Shown one piece after another: positions 1 to 15,440 of a stretch of 64,000 nt of DNA. The stretch spans positions 27,838,001-27,902,000 of the forward strand of contig OZ024763.1 in assembly GCA_964016885.1 (NCBI GenBank), given 5' to 3'. The stretch's first letter is position 1, and every line of letters starts with the position of its first letter. This DNA is from Eledone cirrhosa. Taxonomy: Eukaryota. The notes below the pieces were generated by a model, which saw only the letters and a list, made by a program, of their open reading frames with translations, did not search any database and was not told the origin of the DNA. The translations under genes were made by a program, and so were the position numbers.

Positions 1-19
1 TTACCAAATCTCTCTCTCA

Positions 20-72
<53 letters not shown>

Positions 73-318
73 TATATATATATATATATCTTTGTTTCCT
101 TCCCTTTTTTTTGTAGGTATCTTTTGAGTGGTTTTATTTGTGTTTATTTGTGTTCAATACTCAGTTATTTTGCTCCTAATGAAATCATGAAATCTTATAA
201 ACGTTTCCATTTGAACAAACTGTCTATCTCCATTATATGTATTTTGTGTTATATGTACACGGAGAATAAAAACGACCGAAACGCCATGTTTCTTTTAATA
301 TATGTATGTATGTATGTT

Positions 319-353
<35 letters not shown>

Positions 354-444
354 ATGTGTGTGTGGTTCTGTATATATATATTATATACGTATATATATAT
401 ATATATATGTGTGTGTGTTTGTCTGTGTGTGTGTGTGTATGTAT

Positions 445-483
<39 letters not shown>

Positions 484-502
484 TTATATTTATACATATA
501 TC

Positions 503-546
<44 letters not shown>

Positions 547-685
547 CACATATGTGTTTATTGCACTTAGCTCCACCATAATAAGTTTATCACATTTAGT
601 TTTATTGTATCAAGGGTTAGAAAGTTTGGAACAATAGACGAAATCAAGAGGCTTAGCAAATCTTGTTGATTGTAGGTTTGTTTGC

Positions 686-1150
686 GTCGGGTTTTTGTCT
701 GTTTTTCATTTGGATTTTGTCGGGTTTTCGCTGGGTTTTTTGTCGGGTTTTCGCTGGGTTTTTGTCGGGTTTTCGCTGGGTTTTTGTCGGGTTTTCGCTG
801 GGTTTTTTGTCGGGTTTTCGCTGGGTTTTTGTCGGGTTTTCGGTGGGTTTTTGTCGGGTTTTCGGTGGGTTTTTGTCGGGTTTTCGCTGGGTTTTTTGTC
901 GGGTTTTCGCTGGGTTTTTGTCGGGTTTTCGCTGGGTTTTTGTCGGGTTTTCGCTGGGTTTTTGTCGGGTTTTCGCTGGGTTTTTGTCGGGTTTTCGCTG
1001 GGTTTTTGTCGGGTTTTCGTTGGGTTTTTGTCGGGTTTTCGCTGGGTTTTTGTCGGGTTTTCGCTGGGTTTTTTGTCGGGTTTTCGCTGGGTTTTTGTCG
1101 GGTTTTGGCTGGGTTTTTGTCGGGTTTTCGCTGGGTTTTCATAGGGTTTT
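686..1150. repeat. 22/23-bp G/T-rich minisatellite (GGGTTTTTGTCGGGTTTTCGCT)n, about 20 copies
   Basis: Near-perfect tandem unit built of two 11-mers. It explains the overlapping ORFs at 567-1260. Confidence 0.95.
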
Positions 1151-1377
1151 CTCTGTATTTTTATACTCTTCTGAGCCCGGAGATAGTAAAAGAATGATAA
1201 GGGGGAGGAGAGGGAAGGGTGGAAGGTAAGAAAGAAGTAAAGGGAGAGAGTTATTCTCAAATCGTAGGCTTAGCTTGAATAATTCGCAACAGAATGGACT
1301 TCGTTAAATGCATCCGAGGACTAGGATTAATTCCTGCCAACCAAGTAGGCCCTGGTGGGATTTAAACTCACAATGCA

Positions 1378-1980
1378 ATGGTTGGGGTTTTACGGTTGCT
1401 GGATGCCCTTCCTGATACCAACCACGTTTACAGTGTGAGCCTGGGTTGTCCAGTTATAAGGCAAGTCTGGTCAGTTGATTTCCATCTACCTTACTCAAAC
1501 AGAAGTGTATTTTGGTTGGGGTTTTTTTACAGCCAAATGCCCTTCCTAACACTAACCACGTTTACAATGTGGAACTAGTTTGTCACGTTACAGGAAGGAT
1601 CTGGCCAGGCGGCCGCGCTGGACCTTATAGCAGAATTGTATTTCGCGAGCTCGGTGGTCCCGCTATGAGGAAGGTCTGGATAGTTGACCACGTCGTACCT
1701 TACTCATACAATGATCGTGTTTTGGCTGGGCTTTTACATTTGCCGGATAACCTTCCTCACACCAACCACGCTTACTCTGTGGACCTGGGTTGTCCTGTTA
1801 TGAGACAAGTCTGACCAGCTTGCTGCGCTGTACTTTTCTCATAACAGGGCCGTGTTTTGGTTGCTGAATACCCTTCCTCACACCAACCACGCTTACTCTG
1901 TGGACCTGGGTTGTCCTGTTATGAGGCAAGTCTAACCAACCGGCTGCGCTGTACCTTGCTCATAAAGGTGCCGCGTTTTT
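1378..1980 (+). repeat. Degenerate tandem copies of an interspersed-repeat segment (GGATGCCCTTCCT..ACCAACCACG..TGTGGACCTGGGTTGTCC)
   Basis: Motif recurs at about 1400, 1535, 1745 and 1865. It resembles a retroposon 3' segment (recollection, not verified). Confidence 0.6.
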
Positions 1981-2339
1981 TTTTTTTATGGACTTTTACG
2001 GCTCCTAAACCTCAATCTCATAGTATATATATATTTATGAGTGAGTGAGTGTCTGTGAGGGGGGGGGGGTGTCTTCGTATTTCAGTCTTAATGGATAGAA
2101 AGTCGGGATGTCAAACAATAACAGTCATAAGAAAATCCTCAGGAAGTATTTTGAAAAAATTTAGGACCAAATTTCAACTCACGAAACTAAATATTTATAG
2201 CGACAAGGAAACGGGAGTGTGTGTGTGTGTGTGTGTGTGTGTGTAGGAGGGAGGGAGAGAGGTAGGAGGTGGATGTGGTGTGATGTTGATGATGTGGTGG
2301 TGTTCGGGGGCGGAGAAAACAGGTAGATGGTGGGGTGTG

Positions 2340-3250
2340 GGGTGGATAGTGTGGGCTGTTTGACTGTCACAGACCGGTGCAATTCAACGGGTTTCGCTCG
2401 GGCGGTGAGCAGGTAGGAGCTAGATGTGGTGTGATGTGTGATGGTGTTGTTCCTGTCGTTGTTGTGGTGGTGAATGGGGGTGGGGAGAATATTGGCAGTG
2501 GAGTGAGGAGTAGATAGATGGCGGAGTGGAGAGAAGAGAGGGGATGCGTGGAAAGGATAGCTTGAGTGTCACAAACCGGTGCGATTCAACCGGTTTCGAC
2601 TGGATGTAATGTGATATGGGATGTTGTTGTTAGTGGTGTGAGACATGTGATGTTGTTGTTGTTGTTGCTGTTGTTGTTGTATTTGTGGGGTGAGGAGTAG
2701 ATAGGTGGTGGAGGTGGTGAGAAGATAGGTGATGGTGGGGTTGGTGAGAAGGTAGATGGTGGGATGGTGTAGATAGGTGGTGGGAGTGAGAAGATAAGTC
2801 GTGGGGTGTGGAGAGAAGATAGGTGGTGGAGTTGGGGGAGTAGATAGTAGGTGGTGGAGGTGGTGAGAAGAGAGGGGGTGGGCGGAGAGGATAGCTTGAC
2901 TTGTTTGAGTGTCACAGACCGGTGCAATTCAACCGGTTTCGACTGGATGTAGTGTGATATTGGATGTTGTTCTTGTTGGCGGTACGGTGTGTGATGTTGT
3001 TGTTGTTGTTGGGGGAGACGGTAGGTGGGGATGGGTCGGTTTGGGGGAGAATGTAGGTGGGGGTAGGGGTGGGGAGGGGATAGTTTGACTTGTTTCAGTG
3101 TCACAGACCGGTGCAATTCAATCGGTTTCGCCTGAGGGGTGGGGCGTGTGAGGAGGTAGGAACTAGATGTGGTGTGATGTGTGATGTTGTTGCTCCTGTT
3201 GTTGTTGTTGTGGTGTATGAGGGGGGGGGGGGAGAGATGTTGTTGTGGCT
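2340..3250. repeat. Four copies of a conserved ~32-bp hairpin core separated by variable G-rich low-complexity spacers
   Basis: GTCACAGACCGGTGCAATTCAACCGGTTTCG variants at about 2365, 2567, 2911 and 3100. Confidence 0.8.
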
Positions 3251-3387
3251 TTGACAACTCACTATTTTTTCTCTCTCCCTCTTTCTTTCTCTCTCTTTCC
3301 TCTCATCCAATACATAATCGTTGACCAAGACAATGAAAACAACGTGTCTCTATCATGTTATAGTATTTAGTGACGGTGGTAGGTTTC

Positions 3388-3950
3388 TTGTTGTTGTTAA
3401 TGTTGTAGTTGTTAATGTCGTTGTTGTTTTTAATGTTGCTGTTGTTGTTGTTACTGTTGTAGTTGTAGTTACTGTTGTTGTTACTGTTGTTACTGTTGCT
3501 GTTGTTACTGTTGCTGTTGTCACTGTTGTTGTTGTTGTTACTGTTGCTGTTGTTGTTACTGTTGCTGTTGTTATTACTGTTGTTGTTGTTACTGTTGCTA
3601 TTACTGTTGTTGTTACTGTTGTTGTTGTTACTGTTGTTGTTGTTGTTGTTGTTACTGTTGCTGTTGTTACTGTTGCTGTTGTTACTGTTGCTGTTGTTGT
3701 TACTGTTGCTGTTGTTACTGTTGTTGTTGTTACTGTTGCTGTTGTTGTTACTGTTGCTGTTGTTGTTAACTGTCGTTGTTGTTATTGTTGCTGTTACTAC
3801 TGTTGTTGTTGTTATTGTTGTTGTTACTGTCGTTGTTGTTATTGTTGCTGTTACTGATGATGTTGTTGTTACTGTTGTTGTTGTTGTTGCTGTTACCGAT
3901 GTTGCTGTTGTCGTTACTGTAGACGTTACTGTTGCTTTTGCTGTTGTTGG
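3388..3950. repeat. (GTT/GCT/ACT)n compound trinucleotide tract
   Basis: Read directly. Source of the poly-V and poly-L ORFs. Confidence 0.95.
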
Positions 3951-4230
3951 TGATATGAAGGGGGGGGGAGGGAACCCTGGTGAGCGGGGGTCTAGCTAGC
4001 AAAGAAAAGAGAGTAACGCAGACAGAATGTCAGGTCGAGGGTTTGACATCAGTGAAAGATTTTGGGTTTTTTTGTTTTTTTTAGGGGAGCTAGGTGTTAT
4101 GTTTGTAATTTCAAAGCTAAACCCTCCCTAAGGGCTTGTGAAGAAAGTGAAGACTGGAGGATGGCAAGGAGGGAAGATAAAATCATTAACTGGGAAAGAT
4201 ATATATATATATATATATACCTATGTATGC

Positions 4231-4290
<60 letters not shown>

Positions 4291-4507
4291 TATGTATGCG
4301 TATATATATAGAGAGAGAGAGATATATAAACGGAAAAACGAAACGAAATTTCATTTCTCATTCTTAGTACGGCTGTTACTTAAATATAAGTATGTATACG
4401 TACATACATACATATATGTATACAGACGTACAGTAGTATGTATACATATACATACATGCACACATATATATATATATGTACGTATGGATTTACCGAACAT
4501 TTATAAT

Positions 4508-4771
4508 AATTGTTTCTACTTTAGGCACAAGGCCAGCAATTACCCAGTGCATTACTGGTACTTTATTTTATCGACCCCGTAAGGATGAAAGGCAAAGTCA
4601 ACCTCGGCGGGATTTGAACTCAGATGGTAAAGGGACGTAACTATGCTGGAAAGCATGGCGTCCGACCCTCTACCGATACTGCCAATCCACCGCCCTAGCA
4701 TGGCGTCCGACCCTCTACCGATACTGCCAATCCACCGCCCTAGCATGGCGTCCGACCCTCTACCGATACTG
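4508..4771 (-). mobile_element. tRNA-derived SINE family A with about 3 tandem 45-bp heads
   Basis: Reverse complement carries the B-box GAGTTCAAATCC, the central GCCTTTCATCCTTACGGGGTCGATAAAATAAAGTACCAG (Nin/Deu-domain-like) and the GTAGAAACAATT end. Confidence 0.9.
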
Positions 4772-4866
4772 TCAATGCTCGGTGTTTGTAGACAAACATC
4801 CCGAATTAAGCCGTACAGTGTTTAGCAACAATCGTTGCCCTTTTGTTCAACACTGACAAAGGAACG

Positions 4867-4903
4867 CTGTACTAGTTTCAAGCTTATTAGCTATCGTCAG
4901 CAC
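4867..4903 (-). ncRNA. Minimal type I hammerhead ribozyme motif
   Basis: Reverse complement: gtg CTGACGA t agct aata agct t GAAA ctag TA cag. Stem III is the palindrome ACTAGT, the triplet is GUA, and stem I is weak. Confidence 0.65.
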
Positions 4904-5009
4904 CGTATACATGTATGTATACATGTATGTGCATGTATGTATATGTATACATACTACTGTACGTCTGTATACATATATGTATGTACGTATATATACTTAT
5001 ATTAATAGA

Positions 5010-5780
5010 GAAATGGTGGCAGTGGTGTAGGTGTAGTGATATGGGTGGTGGTAGTGTGGTGGTGGTTGTAGCGGTGTTGTGGTGGTTGTAGTGGTGTGGT
5101 GTAGGTGTTAGTGTGGTGGTGGTGGTTGTTGTAGTGGTGTGGTGGTGGTTGTGGCGGTGTTGTGGTGGCTGTGATGGTGTGGTGTAGGTGTTGTGGTGGT
5201 GGTGGTGGTGGTGGTGGTGTTGTAGTGGTGTGTTGGTGGTGATTGTGGCGGTGTTGATGTGGTGTAGAAGTAGTGGTGGTGGTGTGGGTGGTGGTATGGT
5301 GGGTGTGGTCGTGGTGTGGTGTAGATATAGTAATATTGGTAGTGTTGGTGTGTGGTGGTGGTGGTGGTTGTTGTAGTGGTGGAGGTAGTGGTGGAGGTAG
5401 TGGTGTAGGTGTTGGTGGGGGGGGGGCTGATACTGGTCTTGGTAGTGATGTTGTTGTTGTGGTGTTGGTGGTGGTGGTGGTGTTGTGGTGGCGTGAGGGT
5501 GGTGGTCGTGGCGATGTTGGTGGAAGTTTTGCTGTTGTGGTCGTCGTCATCGTCGTTGTGTGTGAGGGGGGGGGGGGGTAGTGTTGTTGTGGTGGTGTTG
5601 TTAGGCGTGTTTCTGAGGTGGTTTGTGGTTGTAGTGGAGGTGGTATTATAATGGTCGTGATGATGATGTTGCGGTGGTGGTGTGGTGCGATGTTGTATGG
5701 GTGTGGGTGGTGGTTTTGATGTCAGTGTTGGTGATGGTCGTCGTGGTGGTGTTGTGGAGGTGTTGCTGTTGTGGCGATGT
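5010..5780. repeat. (GGT/GTT/GTA)n low-complexity tract
   Basis: Read directly. Confidence 0.9.
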
Positions 5781-5883
5781 ATATATACATGACATATAGA
5801 CAAATACAAACCTAGACATAATTTCGCACAAAATACATTTGTATGAACAAAAGCGGACACCTATTGTATAAACAGCAACAAAA

Positions 5884-6300
5884 CTAATTGTTTTTACAGT
5901 TGGCACAAGGCCAGCAATTTGAAGGGTAAGGGGAAAGTTGACTAAATCGACCCCATTGCATTACTGGTACTTTATTTATCGACCCTGATGAAAGGCAAAG
6001 CTAACCGCGGGGGGATTAGAACCGTTTCTATACTTGGCAGAAGGCAAGCAATTTGAATGATGGGGGGGGGGGTAGTTGATTAAATAGACCCCAGTGCATT
6101 ATTGGTACTTTATTTATCGACCCCGATGGGGGGGGGGGGGTAGTTGAATAAATCGAATCCAGTGCATTACTGGTACTTTGTTTATCGACCCAGATGAAAG
6201 GAAAAGCTGGCCGCGGGGGGATTTGAACTGTTTCTGCATTTCTGAATGATAAGGGATAGTTGATTAAATCGACCAGAGTGCATTACTGGTACTTTATTTT
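5884..6300 (-). mobile_element. Tandem degenerate SINE A 3' fragments
   Basis: Repeated GCATTACTGGTACTTTATTTATCGACCC segments. Confidence 0.75.
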
Positions 6301-6458
6301 GTGTATGTATGTATGTGTATGTGAGTGTGTAGTTATGTGTACGTCTATATATATATGTGTGTGTGAATATGTGTGGCTATATGTGTGTGTTTGTGTTTGT
6401 GTGTGTGTGTGTGAGCGAGTGTGTAGTTATGTGTGTACGTCTATATATATATATGTAC

Positions 6459-6498
<40 letters not shown>

Positions 6499-6572
6499 GT
6501 GTGTGTGTGTAGCTATGCATTTATGTGTGTGTGTGTAAATATATGTGTGTAGGTATGTATGTGTTGATGTAC

Positions 6573-6606
<34 letters not shown>

Positions 6607-6994
6607 ATGTATATATACATATGTGTATGTATATATAAGTGTGTGTGTGTGTGTGTGTGTGTGTATGATTGTATAGGTATGAATGTTTTCATGTACTTAC
6701 ATATATGTATATATATATATGTGTGTGTGTATATATAAATGTGTGTGTGTAATAAAAATAAATAATTTAGGGGGTGTTAGAAAGAAGGGGGCAGATATTG
6801 ATTTAAATGGCCCCTACTTTGACTTTTGTGAGGGGTTTTCAAACTGTTGATTACTTTAACAGACTTGGTGATTGTAACAGCAGACATGACTAAGTAAATA
6901 CTACGGTACTTCATCTGTAATCACTCACATATACATACATACATGGGTATACACAAGCATTATCTATATATACACATATACATATATATATACG

Positions 6995-7045
<51 letters not shown>

Positions 7046-7209
7046 GTATACACACACACACATATATATACATATATATACATCCACACACACACAGAGA
7101 CATATATATATGTATATATATATATATACATCCACACACACACACATAAATATATATATACATATATTTACACACAGATACACACACACATATATATATA
7201 TACATATTC

Positions 7210-7240
<31 letters not shown>

Positions 7241-7335
7241 CATACACACACACATATCTACATATATATATACATACACACACATACATATATATATATA
7301 TATATTTATACATACACGCACACACATACATACAT

Positions 7336-7378
<43 letters not shown>

Positions 7379-7388
7379 CACACGCACA

Positions 7389-7425
<37 letters not shown>

Positions 7426-7602
7426 GGTACACATACACACATATGTATGATTCCACACATATATTCCTCAATATGTGTATGTATGTTTATATATATATAT
7501 ATATGTGTGTGTGTGCATTATACACTCTCATACAAGTATACATAAACGCAGATATATATATGCAGCCATACGTATATACACGACTGCATATATATGATTG
7601 TG

Positions 7603-7677
<75 letters not shown>

Positions 7678-7964
7678 ACACACACATAAAGCATATTGAC
7701 TGTGACTTCGAAGTGATGCAGTTTCGATGGTGAGTGTTCCAGTTGTTCGATCAACCGAACAGCCTGCTCATGAAATTAACAGTTAATGGGTTAAACATTC
7801 CACAGACACGAGTACTCTGAACGTAATTCAAAGGAGAGATTTAACGCAACACGATGCGTGACAAGACTTTGCTGATCCTTTGAATTACCAGATCATTTTT
7901 AACGAGATAGGGAAAATCGATTAAATCGAATGAATTGATCCTTATACTAGACATTTAAGTCTAA

Positions 7965-8670
7965 AGCCTGTCTTAAACCAGAAGGCTCATTTGGCCGGCG
8001 CTTATCCCAGTTTCATGGCGTGAAGTGACTGAGAGTACAAGACTCTACCCTGGACAGGACGCCAGTCCATCGCAGAGTTAAAGTCTGTCTTAAGCCAGAA
8101 GGCTCATTTGGCCGGTGCTTATCCTGGTTACAGGGCCTGAAGCGACTGAGAGTACGAAACTCTCCCCTGGACAGGACGACAGTCCATCGTAGGGTTTAGG
8201 TCTTCTCAAGTCCGGAGGCTCATCAGACAGGTGTTTATTCCAGGTTCATGGTGTGAAGCGACTGAGAGTACGAAACTCTCCCCTGGACACGACGCCAGTC
8301 CATCGTAGGGTTTAGGTCTTCTCAAGTCCGGAGGCTCATCAGACAGGTGTTTATTCCAGGTTCATGGTGTGAAGCGACTGAGAGTACGAAACTCTCCCCT
8401 GGACAGGACGACAGTCCATCGTAGGGTTTAGGTCTTCTCAAGTCCGGAGGCTCATCAGACAGGTGTTTATTCCAGGTTCATGGTGTGAAGCGACTGAGAG
8501 TACAAGACGAACTCCTGGACAGGACGCCAGTCCATCGCAGGGTTAAATCCCCAGCTATTTCTGCTGGTACTAATTTTCAGCTGAGTATACTGGAGCAACG
8601 TGAAATGAAGTGTTTTGCTCAAGAAAACAACAGGCAAACCAGCCCCCAAATCGAACCCACGACATTATGA
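7965..8670 (-). mobile_element. tRNA-derived SINE family B with 5 tandem ~117-bp copies of its 3' part
   Basis: Reverse-complement B-box GGGTTCGATT near 8650 and the TTGAGCAAAACACTTCATTTCACG segment. The unit GGCTCAT..CCTGGACAGGACGCCAGTCCATCG repeats from 7981 to about 8540. Matches the copy at 44027-44252. Confidence 0.8.
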
Positions 8671-8674
8671 TTGA

Positions 8675-9840
8675 TTAAGTCGACCCCAGTGCGTTACTGG
8701 TAATATATTTTATATAATACTATATTTCATCGACTCCGTAAGAATGAGAGGCAAAGCTAACCTTGGTGGGATTTGAACTCAGAACGTAAAAAAAACAAAC
8801 CCTATGCCACAAAGCATGACGTCCAACGCTCTACCGATATTTTCAATCTTATAAAAATAATAATTGTTTCTACTTCTGGTACAAGGCCAGCAATTATTCC
8901 AGTGTATTACTGGTACTTTATTTTATCGACACCCTATAAATGGTTTCTAATTTAGCACGAAGCTAGCAATTTGGGGGGAAGGAAAAGTCGAATAAACCTA
9001 CCCCAATACATTACTGGTACTTTATTTTATCGACCCCGTAAGGATGAAAGGTAAATTTAACCTCTGCGGGATTTGAACTCAGAAAGTAAAGAGCCGTAAC
9101 TCTATGACACAAAACAAAGTTTCCAACGCTCTACCGATACTGCCAATCCAGCGCCCTTTTAATTGAGAGATAAAGCCAATAATTTTGAGGGAGGGGAAAA
9201 TTGATTAAATCAACCACAATGCATTACTGGTACTTAATTTTATCGAACCCTAATAATTGTTTCTACTTTAGGCACAAGGCCAGCAATTACCCCAGTGTAT
9301 TACTGGTACTTTATTTTATCGACCCCGTAAGCATGAAAGGCAAAGTCAACCTCGGCGGGATTTGAACTCAGATCGTAAAGGGACGTGACTATGCTGGAAA
9401 GCATGGCGTCCGACCATCTACCGATACTGCCAATCCACCGCCCTTTAATTGTTTCTACTTTAGGCACAAGGCCAGCAATTACCCCAGTGTATTACTGGTA
9501 CTTTATTTTATCGACCCCGTAAGGATGAAAGGCAAAGTCAACCTCGGCGGGATTTGAACTCAGATCGTAAAGGGACGTAACTATGCTGGAAAGCATGGCG
9601 TCCGACCCTCTACCGATACTGCCAATCCACCTACCTCAATACATTACTAGTACTTTATTTTTATCGACTGCGTAAGGATGAAAGGTAAATTTAACCTCGT
9701 CAGGATTTGAACTCAGAACATAAAGTGCCATAACTAATCTCGGGATGGGGATTTGAACCCAGAAAGTAAAGAGCCGTGCCTCTATGCCACAAAACAAAGT
9801 TTCCAACGCTTTACAGATACTGCCAGTCCAGCGCCCTTTT
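8675..9840 (-). mobile_element. Head-to-tail cluster of about 7 full and partial SINE A copies
   Basis: Recurring GGATTTGAACTCAG and TACTTTATTTTATCGACCCCGTAAGGATGAAAGG. Confidence 0.9.
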
Positions 9841-9980
9841 AAGTGAGAGATAATGTGATAGGTTATTATAGATTGCTATAATCCTCTTTAATCCTATAAT
9901 TTTAAGTGACTGCCGATTATCACCTCGTCTCTTTATATATGGATTACCGGCTTCCTAATTATATTAATCACTTGCTGAAG

Positions 9981-10011
9981 ACTCTCTCACTCTCTCTCAC
10001 ACTCTGACACA

Positions 10012-10045
<34 letters not shown>

Positions 10046-10950
10046 GACACACACACACACTCTTTCACACACGTTCTCTCTCTCTCTCTCTCTCTGACAC
10101 ACTCTGACACACGCTCTCTCTCTCTCTCTCTCTGACACACACACTCTCTTTCACACACGTTCTCTCTCTCTCTCTCTGACACACTCTGACACACGCTCTC
10201 TCTCTCTCCCTGACACACACACACACACTCTCTTTCACACACGTTCTCTCTCTCTCTCTGATACACTCTGACACACGCTCTCTCTCGCTCTCTCTGTGAC
10301 ACACTCTGACACACGCTCTCTCTCTCTCTCTCTCTCTCCCTGACACACACACACACTCTCTTTCACACACGTTCTCTCTCTCTCTCTCTCTGACACACTC
10401 TGACACACGCTCTCTCTCTCTCCCTGACACACACACACACACTCTCTTTCACACACGTTCTCTCTCTCTCTCTGATACACTCTGACACACGCTCCTCTCT
10501 CGCTCTCTCTGTGACACACTCTGACACACGCTCTCTCTCTCTCTCTCTGACACACACACTCTCTCTCACTCTCTCTCTGACACACTCTGACACACGCTCT
10601 CTCTCGCTCTCTCACACACACGTTCTCTCTCTCTCTCTCTCTGACACACGCTCTCTCTCGCTCTCTCACACACACACTCTCTCTCACACACGTTCTCTCT
10701 CTCTCTCTCTCGGATACACTCTGACACACGCTCTCTCTCTCTCATACACATACTCTCTCACACACGATCTCTCTCTCTCTCACTCTCTCTCTCTCTCTCT
10801 CTGACACACACACACATCCCTCGCTCACCCATACACACTTAAACACTCACTCTCTCACACCCACTCTTTCACAACACATACACTCTCTCTCTCACACCAC
10901 ACACTCTCTCTCTCTCTCTCTCTCACACCACACTCTCTCTCTCTCTCTCT
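9981..10950. repeat. Compound (CT)n/(CA)n minisatellite with a CTGACACACG motif
   Basis: Read directly. Confidence 0.9.
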
Positions 10951-11012
10951 GGCCTCAATTTCAATATTTATAACAGAATTCAACTACTTCACTGCCTCTT
11001 TCTCTCCCTAAG

Positions 11013-11079
<67 letters not shown>

Positions 11080-11237
11080 AGTGTGTGTGTGTATACATTA
11101 CTTCTGCCTGGAGTTACGACCGACAGATAGAATTAGCAATTAGAAAGACCAATGGAAACGTTGTTTCCTCGGTCCGATTTGACAAGCCCCACCCCACTCA
11201 TCAAGCGAAAGAGATCTGAGATTTTGCCGATCGAATG

Positions 11238-11268
<31 letters not shown>

Positions 11269-11325
11269 GTGTGTGTCTGTATATATTTGTGTGTGTGTGT
11301 GTGTATATATATGTGTATGTGTGTG

Positions 11326-11362
<37 letters not shown>

Positions 11363-11453
11363 GTGTGTGTGTGTATATATATGTGTATGTGTGTATGTAT
11401 ATATATATATATATTTATGTTTGTGGGTGTGTATATATATATATATATGTGTA

Positions 11454-11492
<39 letters not shown>

Positions 11493-11569
11493 GTGTATGT
11501 GTGTGTGTATGTATATATGTATGTATATATATATTTATGTGTGTGTGTGTGTGTATATATATATGTGTG

Positions 11570-11605
<36 letters not shown>

Positions 11606-11667
11606 ATATATATATATATCCGAACCGTTAAGACCCTCTTCCTGCTAAATCAAGCGTTAACCTAATA

Positions 11668-12212
11668 CGGTGGATTGGCAGTATCGGTAGAGGGTCGGAC
11701 GCCATGCTAGGGCGGTGGATTGGCAGTATCGGTAGAGGGTCGGACGCCAGGCTAGGGCGGTGGATTGGCAGTATCGGTAGAGGGTTGGACGCCATGCTAG
11801 GGTGGTGGATTGGCAGTATCGGTAGAGGGTCGGACGCTATGCTAGGGCGGTGGATTGGCAGTATCGGTGGAGGGTCGGACGCTATGCTAGGGCGGTGGAT
11901 TGGCAGTATCGGTAGAGGGTCGGACGCCATGCTAGGGCGGTGGATTGGCAGTATCGGTAGAGGGTTGGACGCCATGCTAGGGTGGTGGATTGGCAGTATC
12001 GGTAGAGGGATGGACGCCATGCTAGGGTGGTGGATTGGCAGTATCGGTAGAGGGTTGGACGCCATGCTTTCCAGCATAGTTACGTCCTTTTACGATCTGA
12101 GTTCAAATCCCACCGAGGTTGACTTTGCCTTTCATCCTTACGGGGTCGATAAAATAAAGTACCAGTAATGCACTGGGTAATTTGCTGGCCTTGTGCCTAA
12201 AGTAGAAACAGT
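11668..12212 (+). mobile_element. SINE A with 9 tandem 45-bp heads
   Basis: TGGATTGGCAG recurs every 45 bp from 11671 to 12031, followed by a complete SINE body. Confidence 0.95.
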
Positions 12213-12225
12213 TATTTCTGTTTAC

Positions 12226-14213
<1,988 letters not shown>

Positions 14214-15236
14214 TATGTGTGTGGTTGTGAGAGAGAGAAAGAGAGTTTGTGTTTATGTGTTGTGTATGTGAGCGAGCGAGAGAGAAACATGGACGGGGGG
14301 AGAGAAAAAAGCTTGAAGGAGGGAGGGAGAGAAGTCCATATTTTCAGCGACTGTAAGATAGGATCTTTTGGGGATTCATATAAGAGCTAACAGCTGAGAT
14401 ATGTTGAAATACAATAAACCACTATAATATAGATATCACTTAAGAATTTAATGCCCCTTCCTAAACTATTAACTTCACAGGCCTTCGTAGCAAAACCGAG
14501 GCGAAGCTGAATTGATTTTCGTACTGAAGTCAGCAGTATGTATGTATGTACGTTCCTGTATGGGAGTGAAGGACCCCTAGCGTTTGTCAGGGCATTCTTC
14601 TAGGAGAAGGCAACTCAGGAAACTGGGATAACTCCGACATAAAACCTGCAGCTCTGTAGTTACCGATGATGTTGATCTTTTCTTCTTCTTCTCAGAGAGT
14701 GGGATTGGCTCAGTGCAGAGTCTTTCCTCACTTTTAAAATAAATCTTGATGCACAGGCATTGCACGATAGCATTAATTGATAATTATTGATAATTATTAA
14801 TAATGTTATATCGTGCAATGGCCATACTCGATAACGAGGGGGCAGCCATCATGGTTCCGTAACTTCTGATAGAGTCGTAGGGGCGCTGCACTGACATGCG
14901 TTAAGCATTTTAAGCCTAGTCAATCCAATCCCTCGCCAGTAGATTTCTTCCAGCGAAAGATAGAAAGTGTCAGAGAGAGAGAGAGAGGAAGGATCGACCC
15001 CAGTACTAGACTGGTATTACATTTGGATGTATATATCTATGATCTCGTAATTCCTGATAGAGTCGTAGAGACGACGTATTGACATACAGCGTTTCTTGGC
15101 CATTTTAAGCCTGGCGGAGCCCTTCCCTCTCCAAGCCGGAGTACAGCAGATTTCTTCCAAAGAAAGATAGAAAGAGAGAGAGAGAAGAACTGAGAAAGAG
15201 ATATAGAGGAATAATTAACCCCAGTACAATACAGGG

Positions 15237-15440
15237 GATTGTCCGGCCGCTTCCTCATCACACCTGTCAACGTTGGGGCCTCAGACGTACTTGGACCCTG
15301 TACTGTCGAGCTCCTCCCCAGGATCGGAACATCAACAGCCTGTCTGAGTAAGGAGCCCCGCGAGGTGGGGTGGCTGTTGCAGAGAGTCGCGCTGGCCATT
15401 TTCTGCGTGAATGCTTTTGCGGTCTTGTCCGCGGGAGCAG
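15237..15440 (+). mobile_element. CRE-like RLE non-LTR retrotransposon, C-terminal fragment
   Basis: RFLITPVNVGASDVLGP..IG..REVGWLLQRVALAIFCVNAFAVL resembles the F.P.AVET.G..GP...WL.QR..AI.RGNA end of CRE-clade ORFs. Homologous to 36570-36720. Confidence 0.65.

Noticed and set aside
686-1150. Telomeric array
   Set aside because: The unit is 22-23 bp, not TTAGGG, and is flanked by unique sequence on both sides.
11668-12067. CRISPR-like regular repeats (also 50341-51015 and 19554-20141)
   Set aside because: Contiguous tandem units without unique spacers, derived from SINE parts. Eukaryotic context, no cas genes.
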